A stretch of 64,000 nucleotides of DNA from Euglena gracilis (lineage: Eukaryota), in assembly GCA_039621445.1 (NCBI GenBank), contig CP154954.1, forward strand, positions 21,960,954 through 22,024,953, given 5' to 3'. The notes below the pieces were generated by a model. That model had not been told where the DNA came from and did not search any database. It worked only from the letters and a program-made list of their open reading frames with translations. Below are positions 9,790 to 20,581 of the stretch, in pieces (positions within the stretch are counted from its first letter, which is position 1; every line of letters begins with the position of its first letter). The position numbers and the translations under genes were made by a program.

Positions 9790-12714
9790 TTGGTGGATTT
9801 GTGTCTATGGACCGCTTCACCACCCTATCCACAACTTTTCATGAATCGCAACACCGCATTATGCAGTTGTGCGATGAAACGGAAAAGTTTCGGCAATTCC
9901 AGTCACAAGCCAACAAGAATTTTGCTCCCCACACGTGTGTGCGGCAGCTGGGGGAGCGATTTTCCTGTTTGGAGCTGAAAACGTGCTTTTGTGACGCAAT
10001 TCAGGTTGGATTATCCAATCTGAGCGCGAAAGTCGCGGAAGTAGCACAACGGCAGGATTCCCTGCAGTTGCAGTTACAATCCGACATTGGCGGGATTAAC
10101 TCGGCCATTGCGGGTTTGCAACAAAGCTATTCCGCTCTTTGCCACCGAGTTCCAGACATTAGCGGTATTCAGACTGCTAGTGGAGAACTCCAGACCCGGT
10201 ATGCATCGGTATCTACCAAAGTAACGGAAATGCAGTCTCCACCTGCAGGTTCGAGTTCCCGGATTACCGAGAACCCTGATTTCAAGGCACTTTATGACAA
10301 AATGCTCACTGGCAATCAGGAAACCTTGCAAGATTTCTGCAACAATCTATTACGGCTTGAGGAATCGGTGAATCGGAATGCCCGATCCACGCAAGGTGAG
10401 ATTACCAGGTTGGATGAGCGAATTTCCGCGTTGTTGGATAAGTCACAATCCGGAACTTTGACCGTGGGTACCACAACCGCGTTGTCGGATGACCCTGCAC
10501 CGGTTGCACCCATCACCACACCAACCAATCAACCAATGTGCAAACACCTTTGCAGATTCTCTCAAAAGCTGTAAAAGCATTAACGGGACAAATCCAATTA
10601 TTTAATGAGCCTCACGGGAAACTTGTCCAAGATGTCACCGGAATTTTCGAAAGGATTCCGCATTTGGATGATTTTTCACGTTACCGCAAGCGTATTCGCG
10701 TTTTGGAGGATTAAGTTGACCGTATTTGCGGCCAACTCCAACTCGTTGAGCATTTGGAGCAAAGTGTGCATGACTTGTCTGTCGGTTTTGATAATGTGTC
10801 CAACCAACGGCGGGTTTCACACCGCAATTCGGCAGTGTGCATTGCCGAAGATGCGTCAAATGTTCCACATTCGCTTTTCCACAACCCGCATCTGCGTGCA
10901 CATGCACCACCACCACCCGTGTCCCGATTGTCACATTCCGCTATTCCACGAATTGGGCCACCATTGGCCTTGCCCACAACCAAAACCCAGTTTTCGGATG
11001 ATTTTCCCATTACGGGAACCGAGTTTTCAGAAAACACGGCGATTCTGCCTAGTCTCCACCAAGAAATCCATCATTCCATGCTTGTGCGTGGAATGAGCCA
11101 AACCCGTACACCGGGAGTGGGTCACACGTCGCAAGCGCGGCATACCCCCACACCGGACAGTTCCCCTATTACGGGTGACCAACAGGGTTTGAGATCGGTT
11201 TTCCGGTACCAGGATTCACCGTCACCAGAAATTTTGCGACTACGACAAGAATCCGGAAAGGACGCGCGTGGTGCTCGAGTGTACCCGGGCCCGAATCCAC
11301 GGAATACCACCGAGGGTCAGCGGGCTCCTCACAAAGAGTCCAAGGGCACCATCGTATTCGCGAATAAGGTGCGACGGTGATCCAACCACATGGAGACAGT
11401 ATTTCCGGGACTGGTAATGCTACTGGGCACTGAAAGGGCCAACCCAGAACACAAACCCGGAGGTGATCAAGATGGAATTCATCGAATGCCTCCTAAGGGA
11501 TAAGAAGGAGCGTGCGCGACAACTTGTGATTCGCTACCGCGTTTCCTTTGATGACCTGGTGGAGCAATACGCTTCCACGAGTTCAAGTTTTAGTCGCTAG
11601 ATTTACCCTAGAGACCGCTTGGCGGCAATGCGCCCCGCCCGATCGCAAGTGGAAGTCCATTGACCTTTGGTATGCCAAGTGGTTAGGACTCGCCGCTGAG
11701 GTGGATTCAGTGAAAAGCAAATGCGCGAAGAGTTTGATGCTGTTCTCATGCATTTCACGCCTAGCCTCATCAAGGATATTCACCGTGAGGAGGTGGCGAG
11801 TCATCCAATGACTCTTGACCAACGCTGGAACTACGTTTCCAAGCAATTAAAGCTATCACACCTTCTCGGTAAAATTCAATCAGCGTATAACGTGCACCTA
11901 ACCGCTGGAATACCGGCTGGCTCGGTGAACGCATTGCAAAAATAACTGGTTTCACCCACTTCACCCATCGAAAACGCGATTTCGTGATTTTGTGCAACAA
12001 ATCGGGACATATGTCTCGGGAATGTCCTAATCCTGAAGCGCGAAAGCGCCTTCAGAGTCCGTGGTGCTCGACCTCATCACAGGGTTCAGGTTCTTCCGCA
12101 TTTTCACGCAAATCGGGCAATTCACGGTCATCGGATCCCCGTTCCAGCGGTATTAGCCCCCGGATCCCGTTCCGTGATGAGCGGAAACACGGTACCCCTC
12201 GGGGTAGATCACACGGTGCACCAGCCAAGAAGCGTGATTCTTATCGCAAGACATCGCGATCGCGTTCGCGAAGCGGATCATCCTCTTCGCGATTCTCATC
12301 GGGAAAACCTTGATACACCGGTCATGGTCGACGGGGTACCCGCTCACCACGACGGCTTGACGGGAAACAGGGAAACCGATCCCCCCGTTACCCAGAATCG
12401 CGACACAAATCTCGGTGTTCGCTTTGTGGATCGAATGATCACCACTCATCCAAATGTCTGCGTTCTCGTTCTCCCCACCCTAGCCTACGTCATCGCGGTA
12501 TGAATCGCGGTGACAAGGGTCAATCCTCCAACCGCCATAAAGTCGGTTTCAAGATGTCTTGTTCGGAGGATGACATCCCGGCTTCAGGCAGGGAAGGGGA
12601 TGAGACACGGATACCGATTTCGACGAGTCCTGCATGGCGGTGCACACGTTGAAATCCGTTTATACGTCTAAAAGGCCCATAGCCGGCTATTCGGCCGGTT
12701 CGGACCTGGAGTAG
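9790..12714 (+). pseudogene. Gypsy family A coiled-coil N-extension fused to gag (Zn knuckle, RS-rich), decayed
   Basis: 9801-11100 is homologous to 53880-55200. 11330-12714 is homologous to gag 56870-58331 (KGTIVFANKV, PDRKWKSIDLWY, CNKSGHMSREC, SRSRSRSGSSSSR). Confidence 0.85.
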
Positions 12715-13066
12715 GGGAGCCCGAGGTCCGAGGGCACGGACCTGTGGGCTGATGAACAGATGGAGGTAGGGCCTGATGAACCCTGCCCCCCCTGCCCATC
12801 TGCCTTCCTGGTCGGTACCTGGAAAATGTTTGGGTCCCCCACCCCCCACTCCAACTTTCCGCTCGGAATGTTGTGGAAAGTAGAAAAGGGTTCGTGGGAA
12901 AGCTGGCAAGAAAACGTATTTTCGCCAGACACTTCACGTTTCCTACCCCCCATGGAAATTTTGGTCCAAGTGGAAATCAAAACCGAAAATTGTTGTGCAA
13001 ACGTCAAAATTCTCATTGAGACTGGTTGTCGCATAGCACTACTTTTTCGGTTCGGGTTGATGCCAA
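12715..13066 (+). pseudogene. Family A aspartic protease N-part, first of two duplicated copies
   Basis: KILIETGCRIALLF (D>E at the DTG position), homologous to 58347-58680. Confidence 0.8.
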
Positions 13067-13518
13067 TCTGGCCAAGTATCGGTCACGGGGACAAGGGTTA
13101 AAAGATTCTGTGACGCTCCAACAGAAGCCCCTAGAGATATTCACTAAAAACTCGGATTTCGGACACCGTTGCGAGGGTAAGTAAGTAAGGACTGTAGCAT
13201 GTAAGCATGCGACAGGAAAGTGTCCAAACTCAGACAGGGACGATGTGGGGGGGGATAAAGGTAAAAAGGCAAAAGTCAAGCAGTTGTAAGGGCGGTAGGG
13301 GTGAAAAGGTGGAAGGAAGGACGTGCAGGACTGCCCGGGAAAAAGGACATCTTACACCGGGGAGGGTGCTTTGGGGGACCATAAAAGGTGAAAATCGGAA
13401 GGAAAGGTCAGAAAGTGGACAAGGAGACAACACAAAGGCGTGGGGAAAGAGGTTACTTCCGACGTTCCCCCCCCTTCTTTCTGGCCAAGAAGCCGATCAA
13501 AATTACGACGGCTGACAA

Positions 13519-13722
13519 TGGACGTCTCAGAATATTCTTTTGTTTTTCTTGAAATCCTCGGATTCCCAATTTTCTTGATATCCCAATTGTTCCAAAGACG
13601 TAAACACAAGTCAATGTGACATGAAACCAGAGCCAGCAGTCTGCGAGGGGAAAAGTTCAAATTAGGAATACAAAAGTCAGTTCGGCAGTTGTTAAGGTAA
13701 GCGGTCAGGCAAATAGTCCGCA
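13519..13722 (-). repeat. Family B 3' LTR
   Basis: Direct repeat of 20378-20581 with 5 substitutions counted; TG...CA ends. Confidence 0.92.
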
Positions 13723-14007
13723 CACGCCCCCCATGCCGGAGGACGCGGCACCAAAAGTGCAGGACGAAACGGCATCACACCACAGACAAAACGGCTTTAC
13801 TGCGTTCAAGCGCTGATGAATAGTGTTCCATACGAATTGCCCACAAAAAAGGTTCAGAACGACAAATGTCAACACAAAGGAAGGTAAAAGAGGTTACTTC
13901 CGACGTTCACCGTGGTCCCTTCGCTTCGTGGTTGGCTGGCCATTCAAAGGTAACACAAACCTGGGCGGAACTCCTCGCATCAATGGCAGGTTTGTGACTG
14001 AAAGCCT

Positions 14008-15945
14008 TCAAAGGTTAGACAGCAATCCACCCATGGCGAGGCGGGTTGGTGTCTCCTGACCCGAAAAAGCATCCAAAAGGCCCCCTGGGGGGCTTGACTT
14101 TCCTCCCGCGTGACTGAAAGCATGATCAAAACATTTGGGGGAAGGCCAGGCTGTCTCTTGAGATGCCAACCCCCATTCACATTCTGAAACGTCGCAAAAC
14201 ATTCTGAGCGCCTGGCGTAGGATCGATTGTAAATTGTGATCCACACAATAATTCTTGATAACCTCATTCATTCTGCCTCCTGGTTGCACAAAGGAAGCCA
14301 CAGGCTCCCATGTACTGCTGCTTGCCGGAAAATTCTCCCACCAAACCAAAAATTTACATCCCTCTTGGTACATGTGCTTCAAAATCTTGTAAACATTGTA
14401 AAAACCCAATTGTGATTGTTCTTCTTCTGACATCTGCAGGGGGGGGTCCCCTCCCTGGTCTGGCATGGGGGTGTCACCCTCCACTGGGTCTCCCACAACC
14501 ACATCACCGGTCAAAAGGCCTGGGTCTTCTTCTAAAAGACTTTCTTCATTCAAAGCAATCTCCCACTTTTTGCACAAACCCAAAGAAACATCAATGACCC
14601 CTCCCAAAGATGGACTACTTGCAATTTGCACTGAATTGAACCTCGATTTCAGAACCCGAAAAGGTCCTTGCCAGGGGGGGGAAATCTTGGGCCATGATTT
14701 GTTTGGCCATCTTTTGTTGTGCACCAAAACATAGTCATCTTCTTCAATTTTTGCTGGTACCCTCCCTTTGTTGGCACTCTCAAAATCCTTTTTCCTCAAT
14801 TCTTTCAATCTCTGGGAAGCTCTTTCTTGAATTTCAATTTGATTCAAAAGCCAGGAATCGGTGTCTGGGTTTGTCACCGGTTCTGGGGGTAATTCAAACC
14901 TCCAAGCTGGTCTGCCCAAAAACATTTCATGGGGTGACAACATTGTTGTGGAGGAAATCTGTGAACTCATCAAAAATGTGCAATACGGGATCAGCTGAAC
15001 CCAATTTTTGTCCTTGGAAGACAGACTCAATGCTCGCATATTCTGCAAAAACATTTTATTGACGTTTTCAGCCAAACCGTTTGATCGGGGGTTCCGGGGT
15101 AGAGAAAGCGATAATTTCACGTCAAGAGCCTTAAACGCTGTCTGGTAAAAACCACTGGGCTGTCTGAATCGCACGTCGTTGTCAGACCTCACAACGGATG
15201 GTTTTCCAAAAACAGAAATCCACCGGTCCAAAATAAGCCTCAAAACTCCTTCTCCGGTTACCCTTGTCAGTGTGGGGATGAATTGGCAAAAATGGGACAA
15301 ATTGTCGACCAAAGTCAGCACATAGTCAAAACCATTGTAGGGGTCCATTTGCACAAAATCCAAACGCAAAACTTCATTGCTCACTGTTGGAATCGGTAAA
15401 GAACCCACCTTTCCCCGGTCACTGGGGCGGTTTTGTTTTGAAAGGGTGCAAATTTCACAGGTCATCACAATGGCCTTGCAAATTTCCAACATGTCTTTCT
15501 TGGAAACCTTGGACTGCAAATGGCTCAAAAAGAACAACAAAGTCCTTTCAGCACCAACATGGTTGCTTGCCTTGTGACATTCATCCGAACAAACCTTCAA
15601 CAAATGAGATGGAACAACCAACTTTCCTTCGCAATACATTGCCTTGGCAGATCTGAACCAAAACTCATTGTAAATTGAACAGGGTTTTGAAACCTCCACC
15701 TTTTCCCAAAAATCCTTTAGTTCTGAATTCAAATAATCCTTTTCTGACACTTGCACTCTGTGGGACAAACTGAAAATTTTTTGCAAAAACAGGTCAAGCT
15801 GCACATCCATTTTCTGAAAAGCGTTCCTTGCTTCTTCCTCAAAACGAATTTCAAATTTGTTCTCAAAATCAGCACGAGACAAAAAATCACACAATTCATT
15901 TTTGCAACCTGCCACATGAACGATATCCAGTTTGAACTGGTGCAA
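14008..15945 (-). CDS. Family B integrase (HHCC, DDE, GPF) and chromodomain
   Basis: HKASNH..CEIC, LDFVQM, SDNDVRF, SNGLAENVNK, WQGPFRV, KILKHMY..FLVWWENF..STWEP. Confidence 0.9.
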   Translation of the reverse strand: MHQFKLDIVHVAGCKNELCDFLSRADFENKFEIRFEEEARNAFQKMDVQLDLFLQKIFSLSHRVQVSEKDYLNSELKDFWEKVEVSKPCSIYNEFWFRSAKAMYCEGKLVVPSHLLKVCSDECHKASNHVGAERTLLFFLSHLQSKVSKKDMLEICKAIVMTCEICTLSKQNRPSDRGKVGSLPIPTVSNEVLRLDFVQMDPYNGFDYVLTLVDNLSHFCQFIPTLTRVTGEGVLRLILDRWISVFGKPSVVRSDNDVRFRQPSGFYQTAFKALDVKLSLSLPRNPRSNGLAENVNKMFLQNMRALSLSSKDKNWVQLIPYCTFLMSSQISSTTMLSPHEMFLGRPAWRFELPPEPVTNPDTDSWLLNQIEIQERASQRLKELRKKDFESANKGRVPAKIEEDDYVLVHNKRWPNKSWPKISPPWQGPFRVLKSRFNSVQIASSPSLGGVIDVSLGLCKKWEIALNEESLLEEDPGLLTGDVVVGDPVEGDTPMPDQGGDPPLQMSEEEQSQLGFYNVYKILKHMYQEGCKFLVWWENFPASSSTWEPVASFVQPGGRMNEVIKNYCVDHNLQSILRQALRMFCDVSECEWGLASQETAWPSPKCFDHAFSHAGGKSSPPGGLLDAFSGQETPTRLAMGGLLSNL

Positions 15946-17775
15946 AAAAAATATACATCCTTCTCAGCCTTTTGTTGAGGGCGGGTTCACCCTTCAGGAA
16001 AGAGGTGGCTGCCTCATTGTCTGTCATCCACACAATTGGCAGATTTTGCACAATCCTTGTTTGTGAAGCAATGGTCAGCACGCCACTCAAAATTTCCTTT
16101 TCCCAGGTGGTGTATTGTTTTCTTGCCTCACTCCATTTCCAGTTGTAGTGGCCCAAGGGCACCAACCTCATTTCACTAGGGTAGTTGTTTTTCAGGGTCC
16201 CATCCACCTTCACACCACTTGTTCGAAAATTCTCAGGAATTTGTGTTTGTTGGAGGGTTTGCCACTGAAACAAAGCACAACCACCTCCCAAATCCGAACT
16301 GTCAGTCACCATAACAATCTCTCCTGAACTCCTGGGGGTACCCAAAACATCAAGGGATGATAATTTCCTTTTCAAAGCATTCAAACAACTCTCCTCCTTT
16401 TCAGTCCACCTCCATTTCACATTCTTTTTCAGAAGATCTGTCAGTGGGGCTGAGTCAAAAGTAAAACCTTTCACGTGTCTGCAATAAAAATTCATGGCTC
16501 CCAAAATTCGCCTCAAATCCCTTTGATTCTGCACTCGAAAACTCAGAATTGGTTCAATTTTTCTTTTGTTTGCCTGCCACGTTCCCCATCCCAACGAGAA
16601 GCCCAAGTAGTCAATGGTCTGATTCAGAAAAGAACATTTGCTCAGTTTGATTCTCACTTGGTTCTTTCTGCAAACTTCAAACCACTTTTCCAAAAGATAC
16701 AAATGATCCTCCTCAGAGTTTGCACCAACCCCTGTGTCATCGAAAAAAGAAGCCAGGTGTCCATCTTTCAATATCTCTCTCACCCTCAAATCCGTTTTGC
16801 ATTGGGAGGTTAGGATTTCCATCAACTCCTGAAAAATCCCTGGGGCATTCATCAACCCAAACATCATCCTTTTTGGACGAAACACCTCCCTGAAGGAATG
16901 CAAAATGCAGACACATTTGCTGCTCTTTTAGTGATTGGGATTTGCCAATACCCACTCCCCATGTCCAGGGTACTTTTGAACCGACACTTGGCCAGACTTT
17001 CAATCAAAATTTCCATGTTTGGCAAAAAACCTGCATGTGCTTTGCTTCTGGAATTCAATTTTCCATAATGAATGACCATCCTTCTGGTACGTGACCCTTT
17101 TTTGTCCACCAAAAATGTGGGGCTGCACACCTGGGGGATTTCACCAACTGGGAATTGCTCAATCAACCCTGACTTTAGCAATTCTTCACACTGAAGGTCA
17201 ATTTCTTTTTCATCCTCCTGGGGCATGGGCCAACTCTTTTGCCTCAGGGTTTTGCCTTCCCATTCGGGCTTCAGCTCAATGTCTATCAAAACAGGCAGGG
17301 GGGAAGACTCAGAAATTCTGGGCAATGGTCCAAAAACATCATAAAATTTCTCCAAAAGCTCATACAACCTGGGGTGGTCTCTTAATTTCTCAACTTCTTT
17401 CTCAAATTCTCCACTCAGATTCTCAGTAAACAATTTGCTGCTTTTTTCATCAGCCTTTTTCTGGGCCTCCAAAGTCCAAATCTTTTCATGTAAAACTTGG
17501 GAAATGCTTTTGAGTTCATCCATCTTGATTGTTGCCTTGGGGTTCTTCACAGGTTTTGCAAACTGAACATCTTCCACAGGTTGGGACAGCTGGAAAAACA
17601 TCACCTCCACATCTTTTCTCACCTCCTGAAAAAGACTCAGCTCACTTTCAATGTCCTTTGTCAATTGAGCCAAAAAATTGATGTTTTCATGCTCACTCAT
17701 TGGTTCAAACACCACCACATTGACCAACCATTCTTTCACCTTTTCTTCTGATTCCTTGGGGGGAACATTCTCCAA
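15896..17775 (-). pseudogene. Family B RT and RNase H; frameshift near 16880
   Basis: SPTFLVDKK, RMVIHYGKLN, LDMGSGYWQI, MFGLMNAP, FFDD, TDSSDLG, YTTWEKEIL. Confidence 0.9.
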
Positions 17776-18548
17776 AGGAAAACTTGGACTTTCAAAAACT
17801 TGCTGGTCTGCAGGTGGGTTGGCAGGCTGGAGTGCCTGCTGCTGGGGGGAAAATCAGGAAGATCTGGGAAATAAACTTGAATTTCATCATCCACTGTGGG
17901 GTACTTTCTGATCTCACCTCTCAGTTCATCCAAACTCCAATTTCTTGACACTTTCCTGAGCCAACTGACAATTCTGGGGTCCAAAAGCTCAACATCCACT
18001 TTGAATTGCACTGTGTCCACCACACTCACAAACGTGTTCCACAGGGGGGATGGCAGCACCTTTTTGCACCTGTCACCCACAAACAAGGGAACCCCACTTG
18101 AAATTTTCACCCTGGCCACCGTTACCCTTTCCAGCAGGGGGAACAAGTACTGGTCCACCCAGTCTGGGTGTACCAGGACCATTTTTGTTTCTTCAATGCA
18201 CAACTTTGTCACCACTTTGCTTAGTTGGCTGAAGGGGGGGTTTGCCCACAGAAACTTGGAAGGACCAAGGTCACACAACAATTTTCCCCATGAATACCTG
18301 TAGGCTGAATTCCCTTTCGTCATGTACAAAGACTGTGTGTGGTTCAGGTGTTTTCTAAAAAGATCAGTGCAAATCTGACCCTCAGAAATCTTCAATTCAT
18401 CCAAAGCTTTTGACTTCACTGGCTTGACCAAAGTGTAGCTTTCTGTCTTGAAAATTCTGAAAATTCTTTTGATGGTGTGGTCCCCATCATGGCTCTGAAG
18501 TAAAAACTCTTCACCATCGATGATGATTCTGGGGGGTCTGGTCAGCAA
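17736..18548 (-). CDS. Dam-like (N6-adenine/amino) DNA methyltransferase domain of family B pol
   Basis: ICTDLF...N, NSAYRYSW, FLWANPPFS (NPPF at 18231-18242), MVLVHPDW: the motif order of phage Dam/DIRS MTase domains. Confidence 0.8.
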   Translation of the reverse strand: MLTRPPRIIIDGEEFLLQSHDGDHTIKRIFRIFKTESYTLVKPVKSKALDELKISEGQICTDLFRKHLNHTQSLYMTKGNSAYRYSWGKLLCDLGPSKFLWANPPFSQLSKVVTKLCIEETKMVLVHPDWVDQYLFPLLERVTVARVKISSGVPLFVGDRCKKVLPSPLWNTFVSVVDTVQFKVDVELLDPRIVSWLRKVSRNWSLDELRGEIRKYPTVDDEIQVYFPDLPDFPPSSRHSSLPTHLQTSKFLKVQVFLWRMFPPRNQKKR

Positions 18549-19941
18549 CCCTCCAAAAACTCACTTTCTGTAACGTCAGTCCCCAAAACTGCCTCAAAGG
18601 CATTTGTTTCAACCACCACCGCTTTAAGTTTTAGTGTCTTTCGCCCCAACTCCAAACAAACCTCGCACACCCCTTCGGAAAAGATGTACTCCCCGTTGCC
18701 GATCTGCAGAGGTACCGCAGCACTCCGCTGAATTTTATTCTCAGGAACACATTTCTTAGAAACTGCAGTGATGGTGGCCCCTGTGTCCAAAATGGCTTGA
18801 ATTTCCTTTCCATAAACCTTTACTGGCAAAAGATAAGTTTTACACACCATCTGGAGCAACTGCAAAGCATCAGCTTTTCTCTTTTTGGGGTTCTCACCCT
18901 GGGGGTTAACCTGGTTTTGCACTCCCTGGGGTTGAACCGAAGGGGTCCCTTTGCCTGCCCCCTTCTGGGCTGCTGCCTTCTTTTTCTCAAACTTTTCTTT
19001 TGACCAACATCTGTCTTCATAATACCCTTTTTTGTGACAAAATCGACAGAAAATTGTGGCTCCAAATCGTGGGGCTGGGGTGTCATCAACTTTTCTTTCA
19101 CCCTTGCCTTTGCCTTTTCCTTTGCCTTTTCCTTTTCCACTAGATTTTCCACCTTTTCCAGATTCTGGGACACTTTCACCAACTTTTTCAGATTGATCAG
19201 GGGGTCTTTCAATCAATGGTCTGAGATTTTTTTTAGCAAATTCCTCCCCAACCAATCTTAAGAACTTTTTTCCAAAATTGTTTTTCTCAAATCTGTGAAT
19301 GTCTCAGAATGATGTTTGTAAAATCTGTCTGCCCTGATGTCTGCATACATTCTGGGGTGTAATTTCCTCAGCAAAACCAAAAACTTTTCCTGTTCACTCA
19401 TGGCCTGAGGGCTCAACCTGGCCATCAAACTGTCCAACTCAATGAAAAGTTTTTTGATGTCTTGGGGTTCAGGGTTCTGTGAAAGTGCTGGCAATTTCTC
19501 AATGGCAGATCTCAAAGTCATGTCATTTTCCAGTGTTGGGAACAAGTTTGCAATTTCCAACAGCACTTTTTCAAAATCATCATTCTCATCCATCACTTTT
19601 TCAACCAGTTTTTTCACCTTGGGGGTGCAACATTCCAACAGCGAATCCTTTTTCTGGACATTTCTAAATGCAACAGCACCAGTTAACCTCAACCATCTGC
19701 CAAAATCTTTCAAAAACTCTGGCCAATTTGCACCATCAAACTCTGGCAATTTCACAGGGGGTAATCTTGAACTTTGGGTTGAACTTTGGCTGGGGTTGCT
19801 GGAATTTGGTTCAACAATTTGCTTCAGAAATGTTTCAACCTGGGTGATGGGGTTCACAGGGGTAAACACAGACTGACTGCTGCTGGCTGATTTGATTTCC
19901 AATTCTTGCAACCTTCTTTCCAAATCTTCAATGGAGGACAT
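18542..19941 (-). pseudogene. Family B gag (capsid, Zn knuckle) and aspartic protease; frameshift near 19257
   Basis: KLPEFDGANWPEF; CRFCHKKGYYEDRC (CCHC knuckle with H>Y); ILDTGATIT...AVLGTD. Confidence 0.85.
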
Positions 19942-20361
19942 TTCTGCAGATCACTTTCAAAAAACTCAACCACTTGCTCTGAAAACTGGGAGAAACACTG
20001 GCCAACCCAAAAAGACAAACAAAACTAAAGAAACCAGAACAGAAAACCAACCACTTGGTTCAGGACCAGGTCAGCAAGATTATGAAGATCTTGCCTCCAC
20101 CAGGATCTTGTCTGGACAGCAAGGAGAACTGCAGCACTTACAAGCTTCCTCAACCAAGTAACCAATACAACAACTGTTGACAAACTCTCCACTGTGAACT
20201 TGTTCATCACAGCCTCAATGTCAACTTCCTGTTGAAGATGTTGTTCTGTACCAGCATCTCGGTTAACCTTGCCTTCAGGAAGTCCAACTTCTGGAACTTC
20301 AACAACCAGTGAAACAATGTTGAATCTACTCGAAGACGTCTTGGACGACTGGAACAACAAA

Positions 20362-20373
20362 CCTCTGCTACCA
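20362..20373 (-). promoter_or_regulatory. Primer binding site (initiator tRNA-Met type)
   Basis: TGGTAGCAGAGG, complementary to the eukaryotic tRNAiMet 3' end. Confidence 0.85.
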
Positions 20374-20377
20374 ACTT

Positions 20378-20581
20378 TGGACGTCTCAGAATATTCTTTT
20401 GTTTTTCTTGAAATCCTCGGATTCCCAATTTTCTTGATATCCCAATTGTTCCAAAGACGTAAACACAAGTCAATGTGACATGAAACCAGAGCCAGCGGTC
20501 TGCGAGGAGAAAAGTTCAAATTAAGAATACAAAAGGCAGTTCGGCAGTTGGTAAGGTAAGCGGTCAGGCAAATAGTCCGCA
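20378..20581 (-). repeat. Family B 5' LTR
   Basis: Direct repeat of 13519-13722; followed after 4 nt by the PBS. Confidence 0.92.

Larger units (their letters stand above)
13519..20581 (-). mobile_element. Ty3/Gypsy family B element: gag-PR-MTase-RT-RH-IN-chromodomain, full length with frameshifts
   Basis: 204-bp TG..CA LTRs at both ends, PBS at 20362-20373, G-rich tract beside the 3' LTR, Gypsy domain order. Confidence 0.92.

Noticed and set aside
15896-19260. Programmed frameshifts in family B
   Set aside because: Several breaks fall inside conserved domains (gag, RT, RNase H) or at homopolymers in a single copy; decay or sequence error is more likely.
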